From a virus (lineage: Duplodnaviria > Caudoviricetes), in the IMG/VR virus record IMGVR_UViG_3300050335_000039, positions 1-64,000 of that record: a stretch of DNA of 64,000 nt, one strand, 5' to 3'. Position numbers and translations under genes: made by a program. Position 1 is the stretch's first letter. Every line of letters starts with the position of its first letter. Of this stretch, positions 48,450-60,233 are shown piece after piece. The notes below the pieces were generated by a model. That model searched no databases. It saw only the letters and a list, made by a program, of their open reading frames with translations, and was not told the DNA's origin.

Positions 48450-51400
48450 ATGGCAGATGATTTACAACATTTACAAAATATAAGAAATGAATATGATAAA
48501 CTTTTATCTTCTGTTTCTAATTCAAGAGTAGCATTAGAACAGGTAAGCAAACTTATATCTGATATTGATGCTAAAATATCAAAGGCTTCTCAACATACTG
48601 GCAATATTGCAGGTGCTACTACTCCTGTTACTACTAGCGTAGCCTATAATGAACCAGTAAGTATAGAAGAAGCATTAATGAAAGCTAAAAAACTAAATGA
48701 AGAGCGTAATAGATTAGAAAGAATAGAGAAAGAGAAAGAAAAGGAAATAGCAAGAATAGAGAGAGAGGCTATTAGAAGAGAAATAAATGCCCCATCTATT
48801 AGATCGAAGGAAGCGTTTTCATTTAGATTTGGCGAAACCGCCGCTAAAAATGTAGAAAAATACTTTAATCAAGTTAATATTACAAGAGGACTTTATAATA
48901 AAGGAGAGGATGAATTTTTTGATTTCTCTAAACTTACTAGTGCTTATGGTACTGGGGCAGGCTATACTAACTTAACCTATAGATTTAGAGATTCAGATAA
49001 AGTATTACAAAAGTTAAATATAACCCTAGATAAACACGGTAGAGTTATAAATGATACCCAAAAAAGATACCGGTCTTTTGGCGACGCAATAAGAAGAGAT
49101 ATTGTTGAAGTAGCTAAATGGTCAACCGCTGTAGCCCTTGTTTATATGCCAGCTAGAAAACTAGAGGAAGTATTACAAAATACAATAGAGAACGAAGCTA
49201 AAATGGCCGATGTAAGCATTGCATTAGGCTCTTCTACTAAACAATTAAGTAATGTATTTTCTGAAGTAGCAGATATAGCTAATATAATGGGAGAGGAAAT
49301 AAATACAGTTATAGATGCTTATGTATTGGCATATAGAGCTACTGGAGATATTACAGATCAAAATGAGAGATTAGCTGTTACATCCAAATTATTAGCCGAT
49401 GCCTTAACTTTATCCAAATTATCAGGTATGGAAGAGGCAGAAGCTATGGATTCTTTAACAGCCTCATTGCGACAAATGAATATGCCATTAACTGACGGTA
49501 CCACTTTATTAGATACTTGGGTAAAAACTACAAGAATTGCTAACGTAGATTTGGAAACACTTGCCGCTGGATTTGCTACATTGGGAGATGCGTCAGAATC
49601 AGCAGGAATGAGCGCAGAAGAATTTAATGCTGTTATTGCTACAGTAGCAGAAACAGGGTTGGCTTCTGGAAGAGAGGCCGCTAATGCCGCAAGAGCTTTA
49701 GTAGCCGGATTTCAATCAGATAAAGCAAGGGAAGAATTACAAAAGTTAGGAATTTCTATTACTGATGAAACAGGTAAAATAAAAGGATTCCTAGATATAA
49801 TGAAAGAAGTAGCCGCACTAAGAGTTCCAGGTAAAGAATTAATCTCTGAGGGCCAATTTTCTGAATTAACGTTGGCTCTAGGAGGCGGAACAAGAAGACA
49901 GGCTTTATTTTCAACATTTATTTCCAGTTTGTCTAGAGTATATGAAATTATGGAAGGACAAACAAATTCAGCAGGATCAGCCCAGGAAGCATTAGGTAAA
50001 AAACTTGATACTGTTCAAACACATATTGTTAAACTAAATAATGCTTTTATGGAATTATCTAATACATTGGGTACTAAGGGCGGTGTGCTTGAATTAATGA
50101 AAGACATATTAGGGGTTGCCACATCTCTCGTTGATGTTATTAATAAACTTACCGGAGGATTTGGTAAAGCAAGTATGCTTTTAGCATTAACAGGAGTAGC
50201 CTCATTAGCTTTGGGAGGAGATAAAAATGAGCAATTAAGGGAAAACTTAAGAGGAAGATTTATATATGGAGCAATATCGGGAGGTGTTCCTACTAATATT
50301 GCATCTACTATAGGTACATATTTTGGAAAATCTGGTATAGAAGGTATGGGAGTACAAAGAAATTTGGGATACGGTTTAGGAACACAACTTGGTTTCGGCT
50401 CTAAAGTAGCCGCACTAAGTAGTGTTGGTAGTTTACTTCCAGCTATATATAACTTTAGAGAAGGTAAAATAGCTTCCGGTATTGCGGATATAGCCGGTGG
50501 ATTTGCAGGAGCTTTTATAGGCGGGCCTCTAGGAGCGGCAGTAGGCTCCGCAATAGCTGAAGCATTTGTTAGTGCAACTATAGATCATAAACCAGATTTA
50601 CAAGACATGCTAAAGGATGTTACTTATGAAGCTACTAAATCTAGTATAGAATCGCAAGATCAAACATTAGAATCCCTCTATGAAACTGCACAAAGAAGGG
50701 CAGGCGGAGGAAATATATTTTTAGGTCAAACAAGAATTGCATTAGAAGCGGCTGGAACGGCTATATTAGCCCCCATAGCTAATTTAGCTTTATCTTTAAA
50801 TGGAATTAATAAAAGAATGCAAGGAATGACTGTTAATCAGGTAACACGATCTTATCTAACACAGCAAGAAATAGCTCCAGTTCAAGCAACGTATGAAACT
50901 AAAGCAGGATTTCAGGGTACATATTTTTCTGATTTAATGTCAAAACAATTATCAGCAAATGCTCCCATACTAAATGATATTATAGCTAGACAAAGTGAAA
51001 AACTTAGACAGCAATTGATACAAAAAACTATTACATCCTCTCAGTTTCAAGAGATGTATGAAAATATAGGAACGGCTTCTGAAGTTGCTACAAGATATTT
51101 AGTAGCTTTTGGTGAACAGTATGACGCTATATCTGATAAAGTATCCGGCACTAATGAAGTATTGGAGGATTTCGTAGAATTAATTGTTAGAAGTTCTCCA
51201 GAAGAAATATCTACTATTACTCAATTATCTTCTAGTATTGCCAGTTTAATGGGAGAAATAGAAGCATTAAAATCAGCAGGACAAGATGCATCCGAACAAC
51301 AAGTAAAACTAAATAAATTGACTAAAGATGCGGCTACTTACTATAATCAATTAAGAAATTCTTTTGATAAAAGTAAGGGATTTAATCTACCGTCAATTAT

Positions 51401-52397
51401 AGACTTATCAGATGTTGATTATACTTCAGTAATAGCCAAGGCATTTGAACTACAACATGCTTATATACAAGGAATAATAGCTGAGGGATTAGTTCCAGAT
51501 GGAACTACAGAGGAACAAATAATATCTACATTTGAAGATTTATTTATACAAATAGGAGAAAAATCATTTAAAAAACAAACAGGACTAGGAGCACAGTTTT
51601 TACAAGATGCTGCAAAACAAATGCAAAAAGATTTTAATATAGTTAATTTTAATGCTACCTCATTACAGTTACAGCAGGCCTATGCCCAATATAAAAATAG
51701 AGTAGCCGAAATGACCCAAATATTTGGGCCATACGGTTGGAAAGAAAATCCAGAAGTATTTGGTTATACAACAACAGACGATCAAAAAGGAGTTACTAAA
51801 TTAGATTTGAAAGTATTCCAATTATTACTAGAAGAAATAGCAGATAATACTGAAAAAACAGTAGATGGTATATATAATTTACCTGAAGGGGCAGAATTTT
51901 ATGCTCCAATTACAGCTTTGTATTATAGACCTAAGAATCCTTTATTACCAGATAATACTGTACCTGGAATAGGATTACCATTACCAACTCCAGATGTAGA
52001 AACATCAAAAGCTGTTACAGCTACTGTATATCCTCAATCTACTAGAGACCCAAATGCAAGATTTAAGTATAGATTTAATTATGGTTATACTAATCCTGTT
52101 ACAATTGGTACTACAGGAATGCAGGGTTCTACAAATTATGCGGCTTTTCTGAAAGAAGAGAATAAGCCCTATGAAACTTGGTCTAACACTAATTCATTAT
52201 TATCTCAATTAACGGCTTTATTCTCTAATTTAAAATTTACCCCACAGATAACTATGGGAGCATTAGGAAATTTAAATATAGAGCTTTCATTAATTGCTGA
52301 TGGAGTTAAATTATGGGAAGTAATAAAACCAGTTGCCTTAAAAGATTTAATAAGATTTGAAGGCGTAGCTGGTTCATTGTCTAGGAATGTAATGTAG
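48450..52397 (+). CDS. Tape measure protein
   Basis: 1315 aa, Ala/Gly-rich helical, TP901-like core (LAAGFATLG..AGMS.EE...A.V). Confidence 0.9.
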   Translation: MADDLQHLQNIRNEYDKLLSSVSNSRVALEQVSKLISDIDAKISKASQHTGNIAGATTPVTTSVAYNEPVSIEEALMKAKKLNEERNRLERIEKEKEKEIARIEREAIRREINAPSIRSKEAFSFRFGETAAKNVEKYFNQVNITRGLYNKGEDEFFDFSKLTSAYGTGAGYTNLTYRFRDSDKVLQKLNITLDKHGRVINDTQKRYRSFGDAIRRDIVEVAKWSTAVALVYMPARKLEEVLQNTIENEAKMADVSIALGSSTKQLSNVFSEVADIANIMGEEINTVIDAYVLAYRATGDITDQNERLAVTSKLLADALTLSKLSGMEEAEAMDSLTASLRQMNMPLTDGTTLLDTWVKTTRIANVDLETLAAGFATLGDASESAGMSAEEFNAVIATVAETGLASGREAANAARALVAGFQSDKAREELQKLGISITDETGKIKGFLDIMKEVAALRVPGKELISEGQFSELTLALGGGTRRQALFSTFISSLSRVYEIMEGQTNSAGSAQEALGKKLDTVQTHIVKLNNAFMELSNTLGTKGGVLELMKDILGVATSLVDVINKLTGGFGKASMLLALTGVASLALGGDKNEQLRENLRGRFIYGAISGGVPTNIASTIGTYFGKSGIEGMGVQRNLGYGLGTQLGFGSKVAALSSVGSLLPAIYNFREGKIASGIADIAGGFAGAFIGGPLGAAVGSAIAEAFVSATIDHKPDLQDMLKDVTYEATKSSIESQDQTLESLYETAQRRAGGGNIFLGQTRIALEAAGTAILAPIANLALSLNGINKRMQGMTVNQVTRSYLTQQEIAPVQATYETKAGFQGTYFSDLMSKQLSANAPILNDIIARQSEKLRQQLIQKTITSSQFQEMYENIGTASEVATRYLVAFGEQYDAISDKVSGTNEVLEDFVELIVRSSPEEISTITQLSSSIASLMGEIEALKSAGQDASEQQVKLNKLTKDAATYYNQLRNSFDKSKGFNLPSIIDLSDVDYTSVIAKAFELQHAYIQGIIAEGLVPDGTTEEQIISTFEDLFIQIGEKSFKKQTGLGAQFLQDAAKQMQKDFNIVNFNATSLQLQQAYAQYKNRVAEMTQIFGPYGWKENPEVFGYTTTDDQKGVTKLDLKVFQLLLEEIADNTEKTVDGIYNLPEGAEFYAPITALYYRPKNPLLPDNTVPGIGLPLPTPDVETSKAVTATVYPQSTRDPNARFKYRFNYGYTNPVTIGTTGMQGSTNYAAFLKEENKPYETWSNTNSLLSQLTALFSNLKFTPQITMGALGNLNIELSLIADGVKLWEVIKPVALKDLIRFEGVAGSLSRNVM

Positions 52398-52405
52398 GTG
52401 AAATT

Positions 52406-52774
52406 ATGGCATGGACTTTTAATAATATAAGAATATTTCCTCAAGATATTCCAGAGAATATTAAAAACATTATGGCTAGATTACAACCATTAAACGGCGG
52501 TACTGTTCTACAACATTTCGGATATGAATCTAATATTGTTAATTTGAGGGCTGTTGTAGTAGGAAAATCAAATGCAGATTCATTACTGGAATTAGCAAAA
52601 ACAAATTCATCTTATGCTTTAGTTGGCCCAAGTCCGTGGAATTCTGCCGTATATTTTTACGTATCTAATGTAACTATAAAACCAAGAATAGGTTGTTATC
52701 AAACATTGATTCCTAGTTTAGGTTGTGATGCGCCGGTTTATGATGTTGATATGGAGTTATATATAGATGAATAA
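52406..52774 (+). CDS. Distal tail-like protein
   Basis: Position right after TMP. Confidence 0.5.
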   Translation: MAWTFNNIRIFPQDIPENIKNIMARLQPLNGGTVLQHFGYESNIVNLRAVVVGKSNADSLLELAKTNSSYALVGPSPWNSAVYFYVSNVTIKPRIGCYQTLIPSLGCDAPVYDVDMELYIDE

Positions 52775-53729
52775 TTTATATTGCGAGATAAGTAATGTTA
52801 CAGGAATAGAAAGCGTTTCTGTTAGTACTAGCCATACATCTAGTATGTCAACTGCTACATTTATTTGTAGAGAGCATACTTTAAATATAGGAAATATAAT
52901 AACAATAGACTTGGGTTACATTGATAATCATTCTATAGTATTTACTGGATATGTAAAAAATATAGAATATAATGTACCAAATAATGTTTATACTATAACG
53001 GCTAACGATGTAATTACTAGGGCTGTAGAGTTTTTTGTAGCCCCAAGTGATCCAACAGAGATTTTAAAATGGCACGATATAGCGGCTGAAGATTTAGTTT
53101 CAGAAGTTATGTCATTAGCAGGTATTTCTGTTACCACTATAGGGGCTACTACATTTACATTTGCGGTAAGTGAAGATGTATATGCAGAAGTAAATTTAGT
53201 CTCTTCGTATGATTATTCTAAAAATATAGCTGATATTATAGCCTGGCATATTTACGCTGACGAGAATGGAACAGTATATTTTTTAGATAGAAAACCTTAT
53301 GTAATGGATGGAGATCATTCAATATTTACTATAACTGATAGTAATATATTAAAATTTACATATAAAAAATCTGATAGGGACTTAAGAAATAGAATAGTAG
53401 TATATGGATATAACAATCTACATTCTGAAGCATCAGCATCATCACCATATCTACCTACTGGTTTTTATAAAACAGTAGTAGTATCTGCCGCAGATGTTAT
53501 AGATACACAAGATATGGCAGATAAGGCATGCGCATATAACCTAGAAAAATTAAATAGATTAACAGAACAAATCTCTGTCTCAGTTATAGGCGATCCTACA
53601 TTATTAGCCAGAAAAGTAATAACAGTTAATGAGGCGTATTCAGGAATAAATGAAAATTGGTATATATACACAGCAGACCATACTTGGGGAAAAGATGGTT
53701 ATACTGTTGATATGGAATTGAGGAAATAA
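52767..53729 (+). CDS. Baseplate hub-like protein
   Basis: VFTGYV, LRNRIVVYG, P.LLAR. Confidence 0.6.
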   Translation: MNNLYCEISNVTGIESVSVSTSHTSSMSTATFICREHTLNIGNIITIDLGYIDNHSIVFTGYVKNIEYNVPNNVYTITANDVITRAVEFFVAPSDPTEILKWHDIAAEDLVSEVMSLAGISVTTIGATTFTFAVSEDVYAEVNLVSSYDYSKNIADIIAWHIYADENGTVYFLDRKPYVMDGDHSIFTITDSNILKFTYKKSDRDLRNRIVVYGYNNLHSEASASSPYLPTGFYKTVVVSAADVIDTQDMADKACAYNLEKLNRLTEQISVSVIGDPTLLARKVITVNEAYSGINENWYIYTADHTWGKDGYTVDMELRK

Positions 53730-53731
53730 TA

Positions 53732-56700
53732 ATGGATGTACAGGTTTTACTTAATTCAATAGATATTACAAATAATTTAATTTCTTATGTAAGAAATAAT
53801 GATATTTGTACAGGCATTTGTACTATTACTATAGTTACAACTAATAAAATAAATATTTCAATTAATCCCTATGATATTATAGATGTGTATGAAGAATCAA
53901 TAAAAAAGGGTACATATTATGTTTCATCTATATCCCAAAATATAGATAACGGAACTATAGAAATAGAAGCACAAGATGGAACAAAATTATTACAAGATAA
54001 TTTTATTGAAACAGTCTATACATTAGATGGTACTACTACAACCAAATATTGGATAGAAACGTATTTAAATCTTACTGGTATAAACTATATTTTTGATACA
54101 ACAGAAGAGGGCAATTATCTTCTAGAAAATAGCACATTAGGGCCAGGAACTGCGTATGAAATAATACAACCGCTTTTATATAAAAGTGGCTGGTACATGT
54201 ATTTTGATGAAAATAATTATTGCCACATAGCTAATTTATTAGCAGACGCTTCTAATGTATCTGCTATATTTGATGATAATTCAATTATTAAATTAAGTAG
54301 AACACAGAATGATTCTAAACTTAGAAATAGAGCCGTTGTTTGGGGTAATGGTAGTGAAAGTGAAGGATGGATATTTGCTGAAGAATTAACATATACCCCA
54401 TATAATTATGATACAAATGATAAGAGAACTATAGTATATAGTGATTCAAATATAAAAACGCAATTACAGGCTAAACTAATAGCAAAACAACTATTAGAAT
54501 CGTTTGCTTATTTGGATGATACCAAAACAATAGAATTAGCCGGAGTATATAATATAAGAACTGGTAATACTGTTTTTGTAGATTCCGAGTATTATAATGG
54601 CATAGGTCTTATTACTAGTATTACGGTTAATATGTCATCTTCCGGTTTAATAACTACTGTTGTTTTGGATGAAAGATGTCCGAGATTAATAGCGGCTTTT
54701 TATGGAGATGTTTTTATATCAACATGGGGAAATGGTATATGGAAGAAAAGTTTGTATGGCAATTCGTGGACTGATTATAGTACAGGATTAGAGGATTTAC
54801 ATATTAAAGATTTATTTGTATGGAATGGAGTACTTGTTTGTACGGCAAATGACGGATATACTTGGTATAGGACTATTGCTGATTCTTCGTGGACTAAATT
54901 TTCTCATGGTATATTAACAACATCTACAGGTTCTTTTTCAGAAAATGAAACAATGGCAGTAGCTTGCATGATAGACAAAGTTTCCGGTAATATATATTCT
55001 TTATATAATACGAAGTCTATGTCTAATTCTAAACAAACCTGGGTTGTAATATTTAATAATCAGGGCAAAGTTTTAAACTATATTTGGTTAGAAACAGCAA
55101 GCAGTTCTAATACTTTATTTGGTATAGATATAGAAAGAAGTGGTGAAAATACAATAATATCAACGGCATCAAATTATCTTTATAAGATAGTAAAGGATTT
55201 AACCAAAGGCAATAGAAAATATTATCCACATGAAGTATTAGATTTTGAGCAAAAAATAATGTCTATTGCACCTAATATACCTGCAAATACTACTACAAAT
55301 TCATATTCCGCATATAGGGATTGTAAATACGGGTATCCTGCTTATGGATATATATCACAATTTGTAGTAATTAATGATGGATATATGTATAAAGATGCTA
55401 TAATTAATGGAAATACATTATATTGGAAAGATAGATATGGATCAAAAACATTTACATTAAGTTTTCCATCTGCTCCAACTAGCGGATCATTAATTACTAT
55501 ATTAGATGTAGATTATTCGGATAGCATAAAATTTAGAGTATTCAAAGCAAGTTCAACCAATGGTGACTGGGTATTATATTATTTTGATAATCTATATGAG
55601 GGAGTAACAAAAACCGGTGAAATAGTGGCCTCCGGTAATATTTATACTGGAAGTACAGCATTATCTTATACTTTATATGGCCCAATTTTTAGAATGATTA
55701 ATGGAATAGTTTATGTTCAATGGGGAGGATATACTGCAACTTCACGTATAGGATATTGCTTATCAATAGATATGGAGGATGGTTCATACTCATTAGCAAA
55801 GCCTATAGATTTGGCAGATAGTAGTGGATATATATGGTATCCAACAACTACATATACTACAGTTGGATTGCCAAATGGAGTAGGTTTTTGTTCTCCATAT
55901 TTAAAATATGATTCGACCTCTTTACAATTTTCATTAAATATAGTAACGTATGAATGTAGAGATGCTGTTTGTAGTGAAGCAAAACACTTTACTTTCTATA
56001 CGTCACAATCAAACTTAAATGGATATTCATATAAGGGATGCTATAATTTTGAACTAGGAAGTGGTACAGAAGGAATAGTAATAAGAGGTACTATGCATGG
56101 ATGGGAAAGAACTTTTCCATGTCATTTACTATATCCTACTATAGATACGTATGTATTTTATACTTTAGCTTTTGGCCATTCTGAAGGAATATTTATAAAC
56201 CATTACTATTATTATGGTACAGGTTATACAGCAGATTGTGTAAATAATACCTATATACCATACTATGGTGAATATGGTGAGTGGAAAGAATATTGCACTA
56301 CTTCGTTTTCTACTGCCGATAGAGTATTATATTCAAATAAACATAAACTTATATATCTACAAACCAAATATATTATGGATATATATGGTAATAAACTAGG
56401 AGAAATATCAACAATCACTATAGATTCTAATACTTTTATAAGCCCATTTATAGATGATCTAGATGGCAGTATATATATATTTAGTACAGGAGGAATGTAC
56501 GGTTTTTCCAGAGAGGGAAATTTTGTAAAATACCTAAAAGGCCCAACCGGAGCTTTTGGAAATACATTTACATACTCTGGAGGATTCTTAATATTTACAC
56601 AGAAAAATGGAGCTAACGGCATAAGTGGCTGTAATGTTCTAAAATTGACTGATGAAGTATTTTTAGACAAAGTATGGGGTTATTATGTAGTAAGAATAGA

Positions 56701-57436
56701 GGGAAACAATAAATTTAATCTTGTTGATTTCCATTGGAAACCACTTAGACTAGAAAATTCTAGAGCATTTCCACTGGTATCTTATACTGTAGATACAGAT
56801 GTTTTTTCTGGAACACCTAATAAATATGTATTTCCTTATACATATAGTGGTTTTCTATTTGGAGCGGATTTAGTAAATATTTATTCAAGTACTACTTTAT
56901 CTGGTTATTCTGGGGTAGTTGTCTCAGGAGGAATAACTAATTCTGGTATATTTGGTATTACAAAGAAGGTTATTTTTGGTGATTATGATGATGTAAGAAT
57001 TTTTGATGTATATGGAAGTTCAATAACTACAGCAGGAGAGATATTAAATAATTATAACGGATATAGGTATTTTGGTGCCGTTTCTTCTAGCGGACAATTA
57101 AAAATAGGCGATATAAATACCATTAGTGGTTATTATGATATTTATCAGGAGTTAGACCCACTAAGTGCTTATCAACCAAATTCCTATTTTTATGATATAG
57201 GTTCTGGACTAATGTATAATCCACCTGGATTATATACTGTATTTACTATGAGCGGAAGTAAATTTAGGATGGAAACCACTAATAGTTATGATATACCATT
57301 TTTATTTGCATCAGAAACAACACAATCTGGAAATAATTTTCACCAAAGAGATAGCAATAGTGATATTTTTACTGAAAGAAATGTTAATTTACCAGGTAGT
57401 GAAATTACTATGATTAGGGCAGATGATATAATATAG
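53732..57436 (+). CDS. Large tail tip protein (hub domain plus beta-rich C-terminal region)
   Basis: N-terminal LRNRAVVWG parallels the preceding hub gene; WTDYSTGL/WTKFS BNR-like repeats; Tyr/Gly/Ser/Thr-rich. Confidence 0.65.
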   Translation: MDVQVLLNSIDITNNLISYVRNNDICTGICTITIVTTNKINISINPYDIIDVYEESIKKGTYYVSSISQNIDNGTIEIEAQDGTKLLQDNFIETVYTLDGTTTTKYWIETYLNLTGINYIFDTTEEGNYLLENSTLGPGTAYEIIQPLLYKSGWYMYFDENNYCHIANLLADASNVSAIFDDNSIIKLSRTQNDSKLRNRAVVWGNGSESEGWIFAEELTYTPYNYDTNDKRTIVYSDSNIKTQLQAKLIAKQLLESFAYLDDTKTIELAGVYNIRTGNTVFVDSEYYNGIGLITSITVNMSSSGLITTVVLDERCPRLIAAFYGDVFISTWGNGIWKKSLYGNSWTDYSTGLEDLHIKDLFVWNGVLVCTANDGYTWYRTIADSSWTKFSHGILTTSTGSFSENETMAVACMIDKVSGNIYSLYNTKSMSNSKQTWVVIFNNQGKVLNYIWLETASSSNTLFGIDIERSGENTIISTASNYLYKIVKDLTKGNRKYYPHEVLDFEQKIMSIAPNIPANTTTNSYSAYRDCKYGYPAYGYISQFVVINDGYMYKDAIINGNTLYWKDRYGSKTFTLSFPSAPTSGSLITILDVDYSDSIKFRVFKASSTNGDWVLYYFDNLYEGVTKTGEIVASGNIYTGSTALSYTLYGPIFRMINGIVYVQWGGYTATSRIGYCLSIDMEDGSYSLAKPIDLADSSGYIWYPTTTYTTVGLPNGVGFCSPYLKYDSTSLQFSLNIVTYECRDAVCSEAKHFTFYTSQSNLNGYSYKGCYNFELGSGTEGIVIRGTMHGWERTFPCHLLYPTIDTYVFYTLAFGHSEGIFINHYYYYGTGYTADCVNNTYIPYYGEYGEWKEYCTTSFSTADRVLYSNKHKLIYLQTKYIMDIYGNKLGEISTITIDSNTFISPFIDDLDGSIYIFSTGGMYGFSREGNFVKYLKGPTGAFGNTFTYSGGFLIFTQKNGANGISGCNVLKLTDEVFLDKVWGYYVVRIEGNNKFNLVDFHWKPLRLENSRAFPLVSYTVDTDVFSGTPNKYVFPYTYSGFLFGADLVNIYSSTTLSGYSGVVVSGGITNSGIFGITKKVIFGDYDDVRIFDVYGSSITTAGEILNNYNGYRYFGAVSSSGQLKIGDINTISGYYDIYQELDPLSAYQPNSYFYDIGSGLMYNPPGLYTVFTMSGSKFRMETTNSYDIPFLFASETTQSGNNFHQRDSNSDIFTERNVNLPGSEITMIRADDII

Positions 57437-57443
57437 AGGAAAC

Positions 57444-60233
57444 ATGTCAAGTTTTGAAATAAAATTTTTTGAGTATTTGAATACATTAAAAAGTTATTGG
57501 AAAACAATGCCATTAAATCTAGGTGGTACCGGAGGAGATGGGGGAGGTACCGGAGGGCCACCTGGCGGTTTTGTTGGTCAATTACCACAAACAAGGGTTT
57601 GTTATGATGTAACAGAATCTGCTACAAATTTAACAACATCAAGCGGAAGATCATTATTAGATAATTTAAATCATATAAGATATAGATTAAGAGCATTAGA
57701 AACTGGTAGTGGAATATCGGTTAGTGGTGGTGGACATACCATAGCCTATAATGATGTAGTAATGCCACAAAGGACAACATTAAATTTCACTGGAACAGGT
57801 GTTACTGTAATAGATGATTCTATAAATAATTCTACTGATATTAATATAATTGCAGGAAGCGGAGGAGGTGGCGGTACTCCTGGTGGGTCAGATACACAAG
57901 TACAATTCAATGACGGAGGATCGTTTGGAGGAGACAGCGGGTTTATTTATAATAAAAATACAGATACAGCTACATTAGCTGGAGAGCTTCATATTTCAGG
58001 TTTAACTGGTAATATATTAAGTTCAACAGCAGTAAAATCTGGTATTATGGAATTAGACCAATCACAGTACTATGAATATAATACTGGGTTTGTAACTTTT
58101 AATTATCCAGGTACATATTATACTATTACTGGAGGAGCTCTAAGACTTGATATACCAGGTTACGGATATATAAAAGGTAAAAAAGTTTCTTGGTCTGCTC
58201 CACAAACTACATCTGTTTTTAGTGCTAATACCTGTAATTATGTTTATATAAATTCTAATGGAACTATAGGTAGCACATCCACTTTATCTGATAGCTTATA
58301 TCAAGATTATATAGTTTTATTTGAAGTATTATACGATGGTACTAATTATATAGCAGTTAAAGAAAATCATCAATACTCATCTAATGCTTTATCTAGAAGA
58401 AATTTACATAGAGAAGTTGGCCCAGTAATAAGAAATGACAATAGGGGAGCTATTGTAGAAAAATTAGGCACAGGATATGGGTCTAATGCTAACGACAGAA
58501 GAATAAAAATAACTGGTACAGATTATTTAGATGACGAAGATTTAACTACAGTAGTATCTGATAGTGGGGGCTCTGCTGTTACTTTAAATAACTATTATAG
58601 AAGTATGACAGACGGTAAATGGTATTTATATTCACAAGATACAGAATTACCGATGAGATATAGCGGAGCCGGAGGTACGGCAGATGCAATTACTTTAAAT
58701 AGATTTGCCACCTTTAGAATATATGTCGCAAAGGATAATTTAAATTCATCCAGTCCTATTTATTTTTCAGTAATGGGTGAAGGCGATTATGCATCAGATT
58801 CTTTAGCTAGAACAGCCATAATAAATGGAACAGTTAGAGCTACTAACGAATTAGCTGGATTAGAATTAGTACAATTAGCCATAGTTATAGTAAAATATAA
58901 TACATACGGTGGATATATATATGAAGTAATAGTGGATAAAGACGTATCAAAAGGAAAACCAACAGGAACAGGAGCCACTACACAGGCTTTATTAGTTTCT
59001 ACAAATACCACATATTTTAATGGAATTCTATCTGGAAGTAATACTAGCGTACAGGATGCTTTAGATACTATAGATAATTATGTACCAAGAGTAAACTACA
59101 GCTCTACTTTTCCATCCTCACCTACAGAAGGAGAATTATTTATACATACTCCAACTGGTAGAGCTATATTATATGTATATAAAGGATCGGCATGGAATGC
59201 TATCCAATCTTTAGGTACTATGACTATGTATGTAGATGGAACTAATGGAACAGATAGTGTTTCTCATGGTACTGCTTCTGGGACTAGTGCATTTGCCACA
59301 TTACAATATGCTATAAATATGATACCACCGGTAGTAAACGGAAATGTAGTAATTTATGTACTAAATCAAACGGCAGAAGATGTAGTTATTATGGGAAAAA
59401 CATTTGGTGGAAACTATTCTATAGATATTTATGGGGCTTTAACTACTGGAACCGCCGTAACAGATAGTGGTGCTGGGGTACAAGGGGCAGGATCAACCAG
59501 AGCTACAGTAGTAAGAAGTTCAGGAACTTGGACGACAAACCAAATACAACACCAATTGTTAAGGGGGACTAGTGGCGGAAATAATGGAGTATATAGACTG
59601 GTAGATAGTAATACTACTACAACAGCTACGTTAGTAGGAACGTGGATTGCTGATCCAGCAGCAGGAGAATCGTTTTGCCCTTATTATTGGGGTGGTACAG
59701 CATTAAATTCTATTACTGTAACCAACGGACAAAAAGGAGTAAATATATATGATATAAATATAGGAACTTTAACGTCATCAAATGGATCAGTATGTTCAGC
59801 TACTAGATGTAGTATTGTATATACTCTTTCTACTGTTCAATCACTAATAGATTTAGATACGTGTTTTTGTAACAGGACTACTGGAACAGTAATTATAGCT
59901 AGTACAAGTTCCAGGGTAAAAACGGATAGATGTAAAGTTCTTGGGGTTAGTGGTACTACTATAGGAATGGAATCTGCTTACTCCTCAATTTTACTCGTAC
60001 GATACGGAACAGTTATCGCATCTCATATATACGGAGCAAGGGCTACAACTAATGGAGTTATAGAATGTATTAATACTGCATCTGAAAATTATTTGTTTAT
60101 TTCATCTTATTCATCTTACGGCATCACATCAACTACTGGCGGACAAGTATTAGGTACTTCTAACAACCAGTATGGCGGTGGTGGCTCTGGAACAGAGTTA
60201 CCTGTAGCGGCAAGTTATGGATATATTGATTAA
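57444..60233 (+). CDS. Tail fibre / receptor-binding protein
   Basis: GGSDTQVQFNDGGSFGGDSGF motif, YVDGTNGTD...AFATLQYAI, Gly/Thr/Ser-rich. Confidence 0.75.
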   Translation: MSSFEIKFFEYLNTLKSYWKTMPLNLGGTGGDGGGTGGPPGGFVGQLPQTRVCYDVTESATNLTTSSGRSLLDNLNHIRYRLRALETGSGISVSGGGHTIAYNDVVMPQRTTLNFTGTGVTVIDDSINNSTDINIIAGSGGGGGTPGGSDTQVQFNDGGSFGGDSGFIYNKNTDTATLAGELHISGLTGNILSSTAVKSGIMELDQSQYYEYNTGFVTFNYPGTYYTITGGALRLDIPGYGYIKGKKVSWSAPQTTSVFSANTCNYVYINSNGTIGSTSTLSDSLYQDYIVLFEVLYDGTNYIAVKENHQYSSNALSRRNLHREVGPVIRNDNRGAIVEKLGTGYGSNANDRRIKITGTDYLDDEDLTTVVSDSGGSAVTLNNYYRSMTDGKWYLYSQDTELPMRYSGAGGTADAITLNRFATFRIYVAKDNLNSSSPIYFSVMGEGDYASDSLARTAIINGTVRATNELAGLELVQLAIVIVKYNTYGGYIYEVIVDKDVSKGKPTGTGATTQALLVSTNTTYFNGILSGSNTSVQDALDTIDNYVPRVNYSSTFPSSPTEGELFIHTPTGRAILYVYKGSAWNAIQSLGTMTMYVDGTNGTDSVSHGTASGTSAFATLQYAINMIPPVVNGNVVIYVLNQTAEDVVIMGKTFGGNYSIDIYGALTTGTAVTDSGAGVQGAGSTRATVVRSSGTWTTNQIQHQLLRGTSGGNNGVYRLVDSNTTTTATLVGTWIADPAAGESFCPYYWGGTALNSITVTNGQKGVNIYDINIGTLTSSNGSVCSATRCSIVYTLSTVQSLIDLDTCFCNRTTGTVIIASTSSRVKTDRCKVLGVSGTTIGMESAYSSILLVRYGTVIASHIYGARATTNGVIECINTASENYLFISSYSSYGITSTTGGQVLGTSNNQYGGGGSGTELPVAASYGYID

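Noticed and set aside
57444-60233. Gly-rich tracts as collagen or microsatellite repeats
   Set aside because: No Gly-X-Y periodicity and codons vary; these are ordinary fibre linkers
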